Shown: in pieces, positions 1-12,532 of the stretch
Numbering within the stretch: position 1 is the first letter of the stretch
Layout of the letters: each line of letters opens with the position of its first letter
Assembly (NCBI GenBank): GCA_900088475.1
Contig: FLMG01002058.1
Location: forward strand, 1 to 47,664
Direction: 5' to 3'
DNA length: 47,664 nt
Origin: Hyphochytrium catenoides
Taxonomy: Eukaryota > Protista > Hyphochytriomycota
The notes under the pieces: model-generated
Databases searched by the model: none
Seen by the model: the letters and a program-made list of their open reading frames with translations, nothing else
What the model was told of the DNA's origin: nothing
Position numbers and translations under genes: made by a program

Positions 1-1088
1 CTCTCTCTCTCTCTCTCTCTCTCTCTGCACGGTCTGTCACCCTCTTACTATCTCCTTTCCTTTTGTCTCTCTCTCTGTTCTTCCGCTCTCTCTCTTTCGC
101 GCCCGCGCCATTTTCTTCGTGCCTCTCTCTCTCTCGGTCTCTCTCTCTCTGTTCCAAACGATATAGAAAGGAACGCGTACGGCCCTTGTCCGCCTGCGCG
201 CCGCTGCCCTGAATCGTAGAGATGAGTGGATCCGTCAGGGGCTCTACCCAGGGAAACTGAGAGAAGGGACCGTCCTTGGCGCAGACGGAGCAGGAGAAGT
301 GCTTGCAACCTCGGATAGTGAAGGTCTCTCTCTCTCTTCTTNNNNNNNNNNNNNNNNNNNNNNNNNNNNNNNNNNNNNNNNNNNNNNNNNCTCTCTCTCT
401 CTCTCTCTCTCTCCTTTTCGTTCTCTTACTCTCTTCTTGCTGGTAATTCTCTCTCCTTCTCTCTCTCTCTTCGGACTTAGGCTCTATAATCAACCTGCAT
501 TTCTCTCAAGGCTGTGGGGATTGGTATAGCGTCTCTTTCTAGGGCTCTCGCTTCTGTACCTCTCTCTCTCTCTCTCTCCTATCTTTCTCTCCTCGCTTCT
601 CTTTCTTCTTTCTCTCTCTCTCTTCTCCGTCTCTTTCTCTCTAGTGGTCGCCACTTTTTGTCTGTCCTTACCTTTGTTTGCATTTATCTCCAGACTCTCA
701 TTGGACAGGGAAACGGGTTCTCCTCAACTCTGCGCTGGATTGGGGCGAAGATAGTGAAGCTCCATCAGAACACTTTCGCATCCGTAAGTCAAGAGAGAGA
801 GAGAGAGAGAGAGGGAGAGAGCCAGTCTGAGAGGGAGAAGAGAAGACAACGCAACAGTAAGGCAGAGAGAGAGAAAGAGAGAGAGAGAGAGCACTGGAGA
901 CTTGGCAAATTTAATCGTTCTCCCTATTTTTTCTTAGTCGGAATGCTCCCTGAAGCGGGGACGTTTGCGGATTCGATCATAGTTCCCGTCTGCCAGCTGC
1001 ATCATGTTCCAGGTCATCTGTCTTTCCAGCAGGTGAGGGTGATCGGCCGAGAGGGAGAGAGAAGGAGAAAGATGATGGGAGAAAGAGA

Positions 1089-1129
<41 letters not shown>

Positions 1130-2540
1130 GGGCCAGGGAAGGGAAAGATTGGACCTAGGTAGACAGCGGCAAAGTCCGCGCAGCTGCTGCCTCTCTGAGC
1201 GTTCTCACTTTCCCTGCTTGTATCTGCCTATTCTTTCTCTCTCTTTCTCTCTTCCTCTCACTAGTCTGGCACTCTTTATCCCTTCCTTTACGTTGGCCTC
1301 TCAATATATCACGTTATGCATTAGGCAGCTGCTCTTCCTCTCGCTGGATTGACTGCCTACCGTGCTGTCGTGACAAAAGCAGAGGTTCGGCCAGGGAAGG
1401 TCGTCCTGGTGACAGGAATAGGAGGAGGAGTAGCTCTCTTTGCTATGCAGGTCTCTTCTTCTCGCTCCAACTTTCTCTCTCTCTCTCTCTCTCTGTGTCT
1501 CTTTTCCTTCCTCTCTTTCTCTCTCTTTCTTTCTCTGTCTCTCTCTCTCTCTCTCTCTCTTTCTGTTCTCTGCCATCCGTTCACGCTCAGTCATCTTTGA
1601 TGGTGCTGACAGCGCCCCGTTGTTCCTGTCTCGCTCCCCTTCCTTCCTGTCTCCGTGTCTTCTCTTTCTCACACTCTCTCTCTCTCTTTGCTCCCTGTCT
1701 CCCTCTCTCTCTCCCTCTCTCTGTCTCTCTCCCCCTCTCTGTCTCTCTCCCCATCTTCCCTTAAAAACCTCGTTCTGTCTCTGAAGATCTGCTTGGCCCT
1801 TGGAGCCACTGTCTGCGTAACAAGTTCATCGCCGGAGAAGCTGCAGAGAGCGCGGTGAGGCTGCAAGGGAAAGGGTTCCTGTCCTTCGGCGTGCCTCACA
1901 CTCATTCCTTGCTCTTTCTTGCTCTGTCTGTCAATATGCGATCACTCTCTGCTTCTCTGCACATACTTTGTTTCTGTATTCTGTCTCTTCCATGCTCTCT
2001 CTCTCTCTCTCTCTCAAGCTTTCTCTTCTTTTCTCCGTTTCTTTGGCAACCTTCTCTTTCCTCTCTCTTCCCTCTCTCCTGTGTGCATAACCACAGTGTC
2101 TGGTTCTATCTCCGCTGCTGTGCTTCCCCACAAAGCAAATAATACTCTCCTTCTCATTTTGACTAGAGCTCTGGGTGCACAGCACACCGCGAATTATAGA
2201 GAGGACGACTGGGACAGAAATCTACTGAAGGTATGGATGTGCTCCCCTGTAGAGCATCTTCTCCTTACCATCTCTTGCTTGGGACAGTTTCTCTCTCTCT
2301 CTCTCTCTCTCTGTTTCTCTTCTCTCTCTCTTCCCGACTTCTGAACTCTTTGTCTTTGTCAGGAGATCGGGCGGCCTCTGGATGCGGTCATTGATGGCGC
2401 AGGGGGAGAGAGTGTGAACAAGTTTATCCGACTGACAAAGGCAAGCAGCACTGCAATTAGTCATTGCCGTTCAGCCCTTACGCTTGACCTGTTCCCCTGT
2501 CCTAACACACTCTCTCTCTCTCCTTTCTTTTCCTTGAGCA
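1..2540. repeat. Dense intronic (CT)n/(GA)n microsatellite arrays
   Basis: Pure and degenerate CT/GA runs at 1-150, 325-650, 792-890, 1045-1135, 1470-1750, 1995-2075 and 2290-2335. The N gap at 342-390 sits within a CT run. Confidence 0.95.
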
Positions 2541-2847
2541 GCTGGGTGGCAAGATAGTAATTTATGGCGCGACCGCTGGCCTCTGTGACTCTGTTGACCT
2601 CCATCGCCTTTTTCTGAAGAATATTCACCTCTGTGGCAGCACGATGGGTAGCGAGAGAGAGTTTCAAAATTTCCTCTCTCTGGTGGAGAGAGAGAAGTTG
2701 GTGCCTGTGGTCGACAGCGTCTATCCCTTGGATCGCCTGGAAGAGGCCTTTCAAAGACTCCGAGGAGCCAAGGGCTTTGGAAAGGTAGTGATAGACTGTA
2801 GTGATGAGGATGGCGCAGGGCTGGGAGGCGGCAAGGGAAGGCTTTGA
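167..2847 (+). CDS. Zn-independent medium-chain dehydrogenase/reductase (quinone oxidoreductase-like, resembles Bacillus YogA-type); 5' end lies outside the window
   Basis: Hand-spliced exons ~167-323, 694-783, 938-1032, 1325-1450, 1787-1854, 2167-2230, 2363-2440 and 2542-2847 join in frame. Product: ALVRLRAAALNRRDEWIRQGLYPG...VLGADGAGEV...FRILGMLPEAGTFADSI...AAALPLAGLTAYRAV...VLVTGIGGGVALFAMQ...DAVIDGAGG...IVIYGATAG...GSTMGSEREF...PVVDSVYPLDRLEEAFQRL...GFGKVVID. It has the Rossmann GIGGG motif, and ALNRRD replaces the catalytic-Zn Cys motif. Confidence 0.9.
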
Positions 2848-3307
2848 GTCCTTCTAATGCATCGAGCGGCAAATGTGAACGCTAGATGGCGAGGCAGAAG
2901 AACAAGCAAAGGAGAGGAAAAGCTTGACAGAGAGACAGAAGGGATATGCTGCAGGGCCTTCAGCGTAAGACTATAGGACTCACTCAAGTGATGAGAATCC
3001 TTAATAATTAGCTCTTAGCGAAGACAGAGACGGCTGTGACTACCACTTCAAGGACGAGATGCAGGATGTCTTTCGACTAGGATTGAGAGTAGCACTGGGT
3101 TTGCAGGAGGAGAGTCGTTATTGTGAAGATCTTTGACGTCTTAAGGCCACCTAGAAGTTCGTAAGCTTCTCCGATCCACTTCAGGAGCAGAAGCATGTAA
3201 ACTATAGGGGAAAGTGAAGAAAGAGTGGGAGTAAAAGGAGAGAGAAAGGAGGGAGAGAGCACAGGTAGAAAGCCCAGAGAGCGAAGTACCAAGCGGCGAA
3301 GGAAGTC

Positions 3308-6300
3308 TCATTCATCGCTCCCATCTTGGCTATTCCCCTGTTAGGACGGAAGGTTATTAGCGAGGAGTCTCCTTTCGAGAAGACATGACGCAGGGCGGGC
3401 TACCTCCTCATCTTCATCCTCCGTGGCATTACCATCAACCTCCTCTTCGTCCTCTTCGGCGTGCGCCTGTTCTTCTTCTTCCTCCCCGCTTGAATCGCTG
3501 TCCTTCGCTGCTGGAGCCTTCCGTTTCTTGCTCTTTGTTTTCGACTTCTTCCGCGACGATGCCGCTTCCGAACCCTATGACATGCAGTCAGATCAATCGG
3601 GAAAGGTCGGACCAGGCTATCGCTCTCGAAGCCTCAAAGCCGAAGAGAAGAGCAAGGCCACAGTATATAGAGAGAAGGAGCACAGATTCATAAGACCAAG
3701 GCCTCCATCACCTCGTCTTCTCCGTCAGATGAGGACGCGGCAGCCGCATTTCTCTGTAAACTAGTCTCAACCCTCTGTGCATTCATCCTGAAGTCTCTGG
3801 CTGTCCTCCGCTGCATCCAGGGAGAAAAATCGGTCTCCTGCATGGCTCAGATTCAGATCGCGGTAACTTTTGAAGCTCTAAGAGCTCAAGACCTCAGATA
3901 GATGAGATGCTTGCAGGGTGGGTGGATGCATGATAAGCAGACAACGGACCTGATTAAGCTTCGATAGCTTGATAAGCTGTACATCCAGCTGTTCCATGGC
4001 GAATATAAGCTCTGGGATGAGCTTGGCCTGACGCTTCACCTTAGAGCTCAGATTATCCAATAAGAGGTTCTCTCCCTCGTTTGGTCCTCTTTCGCCCCCT
4101 TCCTTCGCCACTCTTCTCTTCTTCTGCTAGAGATAGCCCACACAACGGTGAGAGTCAGCCCATGGAGAATTAGGCGAAGGAGGAGAGAAAGCAAGAAGGA
4201 AGAAAGCAAGCAACATACTATCCATAGAAATCTCACCTTTCCTCGCTTGGCCGCAGCGTCCTGCTTCTTTACGATCTGTCTGTTGCTTTCTTCGTTGACA
4301 ATGGCAAGCAATTTAAAGAGGCTCTGAGCAAAAGAAGCGGCAGAGGAGTTTAACAGCTCCCTGAGAGGCCGAGAGAGGCCTTGTGTCTTGTTTAGGACCT
4401 AAGAACGGACCAAGTCAGCTTCTGGTTAGGTTTAAACTCTTTGACCTCTTTTCGGCCGACCCAGAAGCCATCTTGCTTACGTTACCTCAGTTCTGATGAT
4501 CGCGGTCTCAATCTTGAACATCCTTGTTAGCAGTTTGAAGAATGACTCTGCAATCGTAACTGGCAGTAACGTCTGGACCAGCGGCTCCAGCGCTTGGAAG
4601 ATCCCCGTCAGAGACCTCAGAAGTGCCTTCCTCCCTTCCAGCTGGTGCGGCGACACCGCAGCCTTAGGAACGACAAGGGAAGAAAATTTAGCTAGGCCAA
4701 AGAAGCACCTAATGGAACGGTGAAGGACTTGCCAACGCAGTCTGAATTAGGATATTAGAAAAAAGGAAGGGCCTGTAGGACCGCGCGAAGTGCTGGACAA
4801 AATTTGTCATATCTTCCTTTGGCAGCACTGTGGGCGATCCTATTTACGTGGTGCCGGCAACTTTGCTACATAGCAACGCTTCCCTTCCTTTTACCATGAC
4901 CCCCCACCATCTGACTCGGGCCCTGGCAGTAGAGCTCACTACGTACCTCCGTCTGCACCGATGCCGCGCGAGTTAGAGAGTTGGCAAACTCAACATCCTT
5001 CAGTATGTCGTCAACCTCGGACAGTAGCACCGAAGCGACTGCGTTAAGGCTTCAAAAGACGCAAGACAGTCCCGTAAGTTCATCAATGAAAGGGGTGACG
5101 GTTATCATGGCAATGGAGCCCTCAGTGTCAAGCACATGGAATCACACAAGAAGAATAGACTCCGCAACTAAGAGAGCTTAGAGATGTGATGTGGCAGGGG
5201 AAATACACCTTTTCGGGTTAACTATCATCCACGAGGTCACATCTTCGTCTCCTTGCGGCTCATTCAGCTCTATCCCTCCAATCTGCTGCTTGAGCAAGGA
5301 TGCGAGAAGTTTGAAGTGCGTCGTCCTATTATGAGCTCGGTCTTCCCGTAGCACATAAGCTGTACCGAAGCGGCATTGCGTCAGACTACTGTCAGACTCA
5401 AGGAAAAAAAGGTCTAACTGGCAGGATGGAGCAGCGGGTACAGGTCCCTGAACGTGACAAGTAGTAAAGAAGAACAGGAGGAGGATAAACAGCATTCAAC
5501 TGATGCGTCGGCACTAAGAAGAGGTAGCAGGCTGTGTATAGCACAGATGAACCTAGCAAGAAAGGATGCGACGTGACGGCAAACACTTACCAATGATCCT
5601 CTTAGTAAGTGACGGAGCAGCAATCTCATAGTCACCACAGAGCTTCAGGAGCTGCTCAAAATGTCGTTCATGGAGTTCCGTGAACTAAGAGGTCGAAGCG
5701 GTGGCAGTGAGTGCCCCGCAGAGAGAGGAGACGATTGGTTAGAAAGAAAGCCAAGGAGGATAGAGATCGCTAGTGACGCACGAACCGGAAGGGCAAATGG
5801 AAATGGAACAACAGGAAATTGTAGGTGTAGAGACGGGGACGAGGGAAGTACCCACCGTGGACAATGAGAGCGTAAGAGAAGAAGCAAGCCCATTTGCATG
5901 CGGAAAGAGATGTTTCGCGGCGACCACAATCAAGCTCGCGCGACTTATAGAAAGAGAAAGAGACAGGCACTCGCGGTAGAGGACTATAGGTACATGAACG
6001 GTCTTCCTTCCTCACCATATCTTGAAGGTAGTGCATAATATCCAATAGACATTCTGCCTCGGCCCACTTTTGAGAAGACATTGTCTCCAGGAGCAAGGAA
6101 GAGAAGTACTCGTAGAGATTGAAGACAATATGGTCGTCTCCTTTCCTTTCCTTTAGGGACTGAATGGCTTGCTGGATGACCTCATGATCGCTATACATTC
6201 CACTTTCATCGGCTACCTCAATGCAACCACGAAGAAGTGAACCCAAAGCTTCCTTATCTCCCTGCCTTGGCTGATCTCTCTCTGCTTCACTTGATGTGGA

Positions 6301-9300
6301 GTCCAGAGCTAGAAGGGCCATCAACAAGCTCTCGCAGACAAGCAGGTAAGTTGACTTCTTTGCCACTCGTGCAACTTTGCTCTCGTCCTTGGACTTGGAC
6401 TTGTCCTTGCTTTTCTTTTTAGATATGGAGGGCTGTCCGCCTCCCCCAATCTCTCTAGGGCTGGCTGATGAACGTTGAAGGTCCGTAAGAGACTGCCTCT
6501 GCCTACCTATTTCCAAAAACAGAAGAGGGCCTACAGTCTCCTCCAGCAAAAATCTGCTTCTTGACAGCCAACCTTCCTCTGTAGTCAAAGACGCACTCGT
6601 GAGAATAAAATCAACAGAGGCTATGCTTGACTGAGTTGTGTAACAAGGGAGAAGATACGCTAAAGATGAACGAGAGACACCTGTTCCGATATCCCAAGCA
6701 TGCGTAGACGGGGACATTAGGCGTGTGAAATAGTCCTCAACGTGCCAGTGGCAGCTTTCTAATAAGTAGCGGCAGAAAGCTTCTTTTTCTTGAGCATCTG
6801 CTAGAGAAGAGACCGGCGAATACAAGTGAGATTAACACAGTGAACTGAGGCTTGATGGTATTAATACGAGCACCAGAGACCCAGCATGACGAAGAAGGCC
6901 AGCGTATATAGAGGACCACTAAAGCTCACTAAGGGCACAGGTCTGTCTACCTTGCCAGCTGCTTGCCTCAGAAGATGCCCCCAGCTGGCTGCACATCAAG
7001 ACCGCGATTGACTCTAGCGAAAGGTTTTTTGGAGAGTAATGAGGCGAGATAGCAGAGCTGGTTGAAGGTGACCCTTTCTTCGCTCTTTTCTTCTTTCCTT
7101 TCTGCTCTCCTTTGCTTGAGATACTACCACCATAGAGAATACGACGCAGCTCGGCGAACTTGGTGAAAAGGCAGTGGAGAAGAAGGTCCCTGTATGGCAG
7201 ATAAAGAAGGGCAACGCAAAACCATGTTCAAGTGCTGGTCTGTGGCTCCAACTAAGTGAAGGCGACAGTGCGGAAAGTGTAGAATCACAGGCAAGTTCAA
7301 TTCGAAGGCAATATACAGGCCCTGCGCAATAGGGCTAACGGTACGTAAGATGGCCACAATAGCCCGAGTAATCGGTAGTGACACGCGACAAAAGAGGAGA
7401 ATCATGCTAAGGAGACTGGTGGCAAGATGTAAACAGCAACCAGGATATATTATTGGCAGGCCAAGAGTCAAATCCAAGCGAGAGACAGGGTAGGATCGCC
7501 TAAGCAATCTGGGGAACATTGAAGCTCTACCTTTCTTCCAGCTCGGTACCCGCCAATGTGTCCATACAAGCTTCCAACAAACTCATAGCGAGGCTACCGC
7601 GAGAGAATGAAATCTTCCCCTCCTCGGTCGTCATGTCTACGCAATGGGATTTGTCGAAACAGAGATCAGCTAGAGAGAGGTCTTGGGCCAGATACTTGAT
7701 AAATTTCACAATCTTGTCTCTCCAGTTTGTCACCAGCTCGTGGATGCCCGATTCCTCGTCACCCTGGTCCATGGCTGATGGAGTCTGGGAAGACGAAGGA
7801 GATAGAACAAATGCGCAGCACTGGAGCAGTGACGCGAATAGCATATCCAGAGGTTCCATAATCACCCCGGACTTCTTGTTGACGCAGCTTTCCAGTCGAA
7901 GGGTTTCAAGGTCATGGGTTATGCTACGGATGGAGCAGGGATTAGCACAACCAGTTAAAAGGGTCTTCCTTCAGGAGCAATTAGGTGAGGAGCAGGACGG
8001 TAACTCGAAGCTAGCCGATAGGAGAAGTAAGCGTTATAAACGATAGGCACTGGCGTCAGCAGAGAGGTCACCCACCTTGCAGGATCCAGCTTCAAAAGGT
8101 GCTCCAGATGGCGGGAGAGGAACTCAAAAATGGGTCTGCGCAGACCGGGATAGTCCCTAAATAACCTAGTCATTCCTTCATATAGGCGCTCTCGCACAGC
8201 TGCCTGTTGAGAGAGACAACGGCGAAGAAGACCCATTGTCTCCAAGAACAACCTAGAGTTCCAAGCTTCGGAAGAAGAGTTACCCGACGGCGACGAAAGG
8301 GCCACGTGGGTCACTTGGCTCCAAACACCGAGTTCACTCTGATCTCTATTTTTCTCCCTGTTCCTTTCGTTGCTTTCTAGGAGGAGCAAGAGACCATTGA
8401 CAGCTATAAGGCGGGCACTTTCATCCTTGGCAAAGGCCGCCTTTCTAAGCACCAGGACCACGTAGTCTTGAAGGTCTTGACGGAACTTTGGAGACCGCAA
8501 AAACAGTCAACAACGGTGAGTAAGGATTGGTGGAGGGGGATGGATAAAAAGCGTGAATTTGGCAGAAGCTTTCTAGAGGTTGACGTGCACAAGGAAGACA
8601 GAAAGACAGTGTGCTGCGCCCGTAGATGTCAGCTCTGAGAAGCAACAAAGACGCCAAAAGCAGGCATTTTTAGGACACACTATAGACCCCTCTAGCTCTA
8701 AGGGTACCAGACTCTAGCAGCACGCAGAAAATAGGGAGATAGAAGGCGAGGTAGTGTTCAAGGCGGAGGTGGTGGGTGGTCTCGGACCTTCAGTATAGGC
8801 GTTATAGCAGCAAGTATGCCCATTGCTGTCGGAACCGGAAGCTGAGCAAGATACTCTATAGCTTCTCGAATTTTCCCTAAGTGCTCAATTAACGCAGGAG
8901 AACACCTGTTGCACAGTCTGTCCAGCAGCTACAGAAGTGGGCGGAAGAGTAAGCAATGGGCAGAGCGGTCAAGAGGATATTTTTTTAGCAAGGAGAGGAT
9001 CTTTGTTCAACACTTTTGAGGAAAATAAGCTCCGGAAAGGTGACTAGCGAAAGAAGGCCAAAACTTGTGAGCAAACCGTCGCTGGTCGAGGAAGAACAAT
9101 GTGAGAGAAGAGCAAACACGAGCTGAGGATTACGGAAGAATCTCAACGGGTATATGGAGCTAGTAGAAGGACAAGGAGAAATTGATACCTTGATATGTGC
9201 GTCAACGGAGCTAGAGCTTGACACGACAGCTGCGAGGACCTCCTCGAGAACTTTCTGTCGCACTGCCTCATGATGCTGGAAAACAGCTGCGACCAGCTTG

Positions 9301-12100
9301 ACGCCAAGAAGGGAGGCGTGCGCCTTCGCGCCTCCACGTCGCTTTCCTCGAAGCTGTTTCAGCTTTTCAAAGGAGTAATGTGGGTGCGCGAGGGGTAAGG
9401 TTGAAGCAGAGGCGTCTGACGCGGCGGCAAAAGGAGATGAGTTCTGAGAAAGGTGCATCAGCGTAAACCCCAGCTTGGTCAGATAGGACACGAGGTTCTC
9501 CCATCCCAGCTTGGTGTTTTTGACAACTTGTAGCAGAGAGGCCTCTAAGTCGCTCTTCACTTCAATGTTTCGTGACGAAGCACGCTCCTCCTTGGAAAAA
9601 TGATATGAAGAGGAGCGGACAGACCAATGTCAGATGAGCTTTGCCAAAAGTGGGCGACATGAGGACAAAGTCTTGTCATCAGATTGTCAAGTAAGAGGCG
9701 TATATGAAACCGCGTAGCAAGCTGGTTAAATATCTTGAAGCGGTCGGTCCATGTAGCATGGAAGACTTCCTAGGTCAGAAGCGAAAGGATGGGAGCACTT
9801 ACCGGGACCGACGCGGGAATCATGTCCTTCAAAGCGGGGCTATGATTAGCTCTGATCTCTATATCTGCAATCTCTACTAGTTTTGAAGCAATGGCATCCA
9901 GGACGAGATCTGTGAACCGAGAGATATTTGCCATAGACAGGAAGAGTCCTAGCGAGAAGGGAGATAGAGTGTCTTGGGCAGAAGTGCTAGACCTATGAGA
10001 AGACACATGTTATTAGGTTGAAGGAGCCCAAAGTAGAAGAAAATGATGCGCCGAGAGGAATGCCAGGGATAGAGGAGCAGAGACATCAGTTTGCGGAACT
10101 GGTAGGAAAAAGTGGTTGGCTTAGAGACCCCAGAGACCAAGGGAGTCACACGAACCTGAAGAACTTGATAAGCTGGAGCCCCAGCTGATGGTCGTGTTTG
10201 ATGGCAAAGTTGAAATGTAAGAGAACCGTAGCTTCCGCTCCTATAACGTTCTTGCTGCTGACAGTAAGACGATGGCATCTCATGAGATGAGCTCTAAGCT
10301 CTGAGAGTGCTATACCACTGAGCTAAGGCGTGCGATTAACGGCAAAAGCTCAAGAGCATAGTTAAAGGGGGAGAGCTTGGTTGGGGACAAGGGATGGAGG
10401 ACGGCACTAAACAATCTGAAGCCACTGGCCATTCATCGTTTTACCTGCTTGCAGGCCTGGCAGAATTTTTGTCCAGACTGTTGAAGAAATAAATGATGGA
10501 TTGAAGCATCTGAAGTTTTGTCTGCGTCAGAAAGTAGGCAGGTTAATATTTGCTTGTGTTGCAGTGGAGGAGGGCTACGAAGGGGGTGCAAAGTTGCTTC
10601 TAGACACGGTTGTGACAGATAACGCAAGCGCAACTGACCTGTGTCTGTCCATACTTGCTTGACAAGAGCAGCAGCTGATAAATCAAAGACGGCAGGGCTT
10701 CCAAGCTTACCACAGGAAGAATGGCCAGGACCTGCAGCGCAGTTTCAAGCGTTTCAATCATTTGCCTTCTTATGGCCCACGACATATCTATTGCTCCTTC
10801 CCTATCGTGTTCTACCTCTTCCTCAATGTCCCCGCTGCACAGACAACGATAGTCCTGCTTTGCCTAAAGCCCTACAGCCATCCAGAAGCAGTGATCTCTC
10901 ACCTTCTCCACTAGCAGCTTCATATTCTCCGGAGAGAGTGGAAATTCTCTCACCACTGTGAGTATCTGCACTACGGCTGCCCTAGGCCATGCAGCGTAGC
11001 ATATCTTCTTCACCATCAGATCTACGAACATCTCCCCTGAGCTGGTTCCGTTAGTCTCCTGTCCAGCTGGTCCTTCTTCTCCTTGTCCTTCACCCTCCTG
11101 GAGACTAGCTTCACCCAGAGTAATAGAGGAGCAAGATATAAGGCGAAAGAGCAGTTTAGGGAGAACCTCTAGGGCAGAGCTGAGTCCTTCGGCCGAATAG
11201 TTTTCGCCTACGTAATATTTGGAGAGGATGTATGACGAGATGGGTAAATGGGGAGGACAAACAAGGTCAGATAAGAGATGGTATGCCCCTTTCTTTCTGC
11301 CTCTACTAGGCCAACGCACCATCCTCGTCAGCGCCACAACCCTGCAACCCTTTAACTAAGAGCTCCACTAGCTTGACTGCATCCGCCAGAGGTATAGTGT
11401 CGGAGTCAGAGAGCATGGCAGTCATTAACAGAGTGCTAGCCTTATTGTCCACGCTACCCTTGATGATGTGAGAGAGAACGTGTTGATAGAGAGGAAGACG
11501 GCGGTCCTTGCTGTTACTTTCATGGGCAGCTGACGCCACAAGAAGGGCCTGAAGAAGGTCCGCCAAGCCCTGAGGACCTGCTCACAAGGAAACAGGCATT
11601 TAACCGAGGGAACAGCTCTGGGTTTTTTTAGAAAGTAACAGACTGTGACAACATATGACAGAGTAGAAGAAGAGGATAGAGAATGGTGAACCCGTAATGG
11701 CAGAACCGAGCAATCTGCGGCGCTAGAGGAATGACGCGGCACCGCTTTGAGGCTAAAGGACGAGCCCTCTAGCGGGAGAAGCACTACCTCACCGTAGACG
11801 TCTAGCTTGGTCAGTCTATGTTGGAACATCCCGATGAGGTAAGACGTCTTACACTCTCGAACCAGTGCCTGTGGGTGACGGAGAAACGCAAGAAGTTGCA
11901 TGAGGTTCCCATCGTCTCCAGAGATAAAGCTTAAAGAGTACCTGCAAAGTGGCCTCCCTGTCCACCTGAGACTTCTGAGAGAGACATGAATTCAAGGAAG
12001 CTGAACTAATGGACCGATAGGCGTCTACAATTTTGCCATCGAGCCCTGCATCCAGTCTTATCAGTTTGGCGTACGTCTGGCATCGGGGTCGTGCATACAT
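3308..12100 (-). CDS. FANCI: Fanconi anemia group I protein (multi-exon, about 20 exons)
   Basis: Spliced peptides match FANCI landmarks: RRLPLYQHVL, LPSLIYQLLLLSSK, IIYFFNSLDK, EATVLLHFNFAIKHDHQLG, VVKNTKLGWENLVSYLTKLGFTLM, VLVLRKAAFAKDESARLIAVNGLLLLL (monoubiquitinated-Lys motif), LFLETMGLLRRCLSQQAAVRERLYEG, KLIPELIFAMEQLDVQLIKLSKL, RRTARDFRM, then a basic/acidic tail. The start (ATG 12100) and stop (TGA 3308-3310 after a short last exon) are best guesses. Confidence 0.92.
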
Positions 12101-12532
12101 ACCGCATTTGGGGTCATAATGACCGCCGGTGCTCGCCCGCAGCATCCTTCCAAGCTCGTGTGAAGGAGGACCCTGGAACAATTACCTTCACGACTCCGAT
12201 GGGTTCTGCATATGTTCAATAACTCTTCTCCACGTGCCCAGTGCTCAAGAGACAAGAATCTGCATTGTGCAAGGAAGCAGAGCTCTGATCGTGTCTGCAG
12301 ATCTCTGCTGCTCCTCCATCGGCGACGATGTTACAGACAATTTCTCCAAAGCTTTTTTGGCAATTTTGGCGGCGAGTTTTGAAGCTTTTCATAATTCCCG
12401 CGAAATAGCGTTCGATATTCCGAACACAATAGAACAATGCCTATAGACTTAACTGCTAGAGATGGGGTTGATTCAGGATAGCACCTTTGTTTATACCTGA
12501 TGCATAAGGTACGTGAAAAGGAATGCAGAGCT

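Noticed and set aside
48-2344. Many SLSLSL / RERERE ORFs
   Set aside because: These are translations of intronic (CT)n/(GA)n repeats, which lack stop codons. The same applies to ORFs at 23778-24127, 25420-25995, 33188-33793 and 44324-44605.
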